Source: Patescibacteria group bacterium
Lineage (GTDB): Bacteria; Patescibacteriota; Minisyncoccia; Phycocordibacterales; Phycocordibacteraceae
Assembly (NCBI GenBank): GCA_013815345.1
Contig: JACDGK010000007.1
Location: 1-46,325 of the forward strand
Reading direction: 5' to 3'
DNA length: 46,325 nucleotides
Shown here: in pieces, positions 45,947 through 46,325 of the stretch
How positions within the stretch are numbered: position 1 is the stretch's first letter
Layout: each line of letters begins with the position of its first letter
The notes under the pieces: generated by a model
The model's database searches: none
Seen by the model: only the letters and a program-made list of their open reading frames with translations
What the model was told of the DNA's origin: nothing
Program-made: the position numbers and the translations under genes

Positions 45947-46300
45947 ATGAATACTCATGTCGGTAGATGCCAGTGCGGGAAGGTGCGATATGAAGCGGAA
46001 ATCGATCTCGAAAAAGCGGTCATTGACTGCAATTGTTCGATCTGCAGCAAGCAAGGGTTGATGCTGACATTCATTCCTGCCGAGAGCTTCACGCTCATCT
46101 CAGGTGAGGGAAACTTGACGGAACACAAATTTAATAAAGAACGGATCAGACATTACTTTTGTAAAACGTGCGGCGTTGAATCGTTTGGAAAGGGGAATGG
46201 GCCGAATGGTAACGCGATGGTTGCCATAAATGTGAGAACACTCGATAACATCGAGCTTTCGAAACTCATCGTCATGCCGTTTGATGGGAAAAGTTTGTAA
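45947..46300 (+). CDS. GFA/CENP-V family Zn protein
   Basis: G.CQCG.VRY, CNCSICSK, FCKTCG, AINVR. Confidence 0.9.
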   Translation: MNTHVGRCQCGKVRYEAEIDLEKAVIDCNCSICSKQGLMLTFIPAESFTLISGEGNLTEHKFNKERIRHYFCKTCGVESFGKGNGPNGNAMVAINVRTLDNIELSKLIVMPFDGKSL

Positions 46301-46325
46301 CAAAAAAGCGGCCGACTTTGTCGGC

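Noticed and set aside
1-46325. Alternative genetic code (TGA recoded)
   Set aside because: Conserved genes are full length under code 11, and gap and rnhB end at TGA where expected.

Overview
This window looks like chromosomal DNA from a small-genome bacterium, most likely Patescibacteria/CPR (Parcubacteria-like). That assignment is inferred from shortened housekeeping proteins, scarce Shine-Dalgarno sites, a type IV pilin and giant Ser/Thr-rich surface proteins; TGA is used as a stop. In order, it holds: the 3' part of a tail-fibre-like surface protein; a sugar cluster (gap, rpiB, rpe, split transketolase, PfkB kinase, class I aldolase) interrupted by a pilin, an orphan PemK/MazF toxin and a beta-helix protein; rplY, a lytic transglycosylase and surface proteins; rpmE2, prfA, a RelE-type TA pair, rpsB, tsf and tRNA-Thr; a GT2 synthase, pheS, pheT, folB and gyrB; a sortase locus; and thrS, dnaE, rnhB, rpmF, a nusB-Nudix fusion, rnc, a short smc and a GFA protein. 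Two candidates for undescribed systems stand out. (1) A sortase lies next to a substrate whose IPYTG-TM-RR sorting signal is internal and is followed by a ~240-aa cytoplasmic domain. (2) A PemK toxin with no protein antitoxin is faced by a convergent candidate ~80-nt structured small RNA with a promoter-like motif upstream. No CRISPR array, rRNA or transposase was seen. All calls come from reading motifs by eye; no database searches were run.
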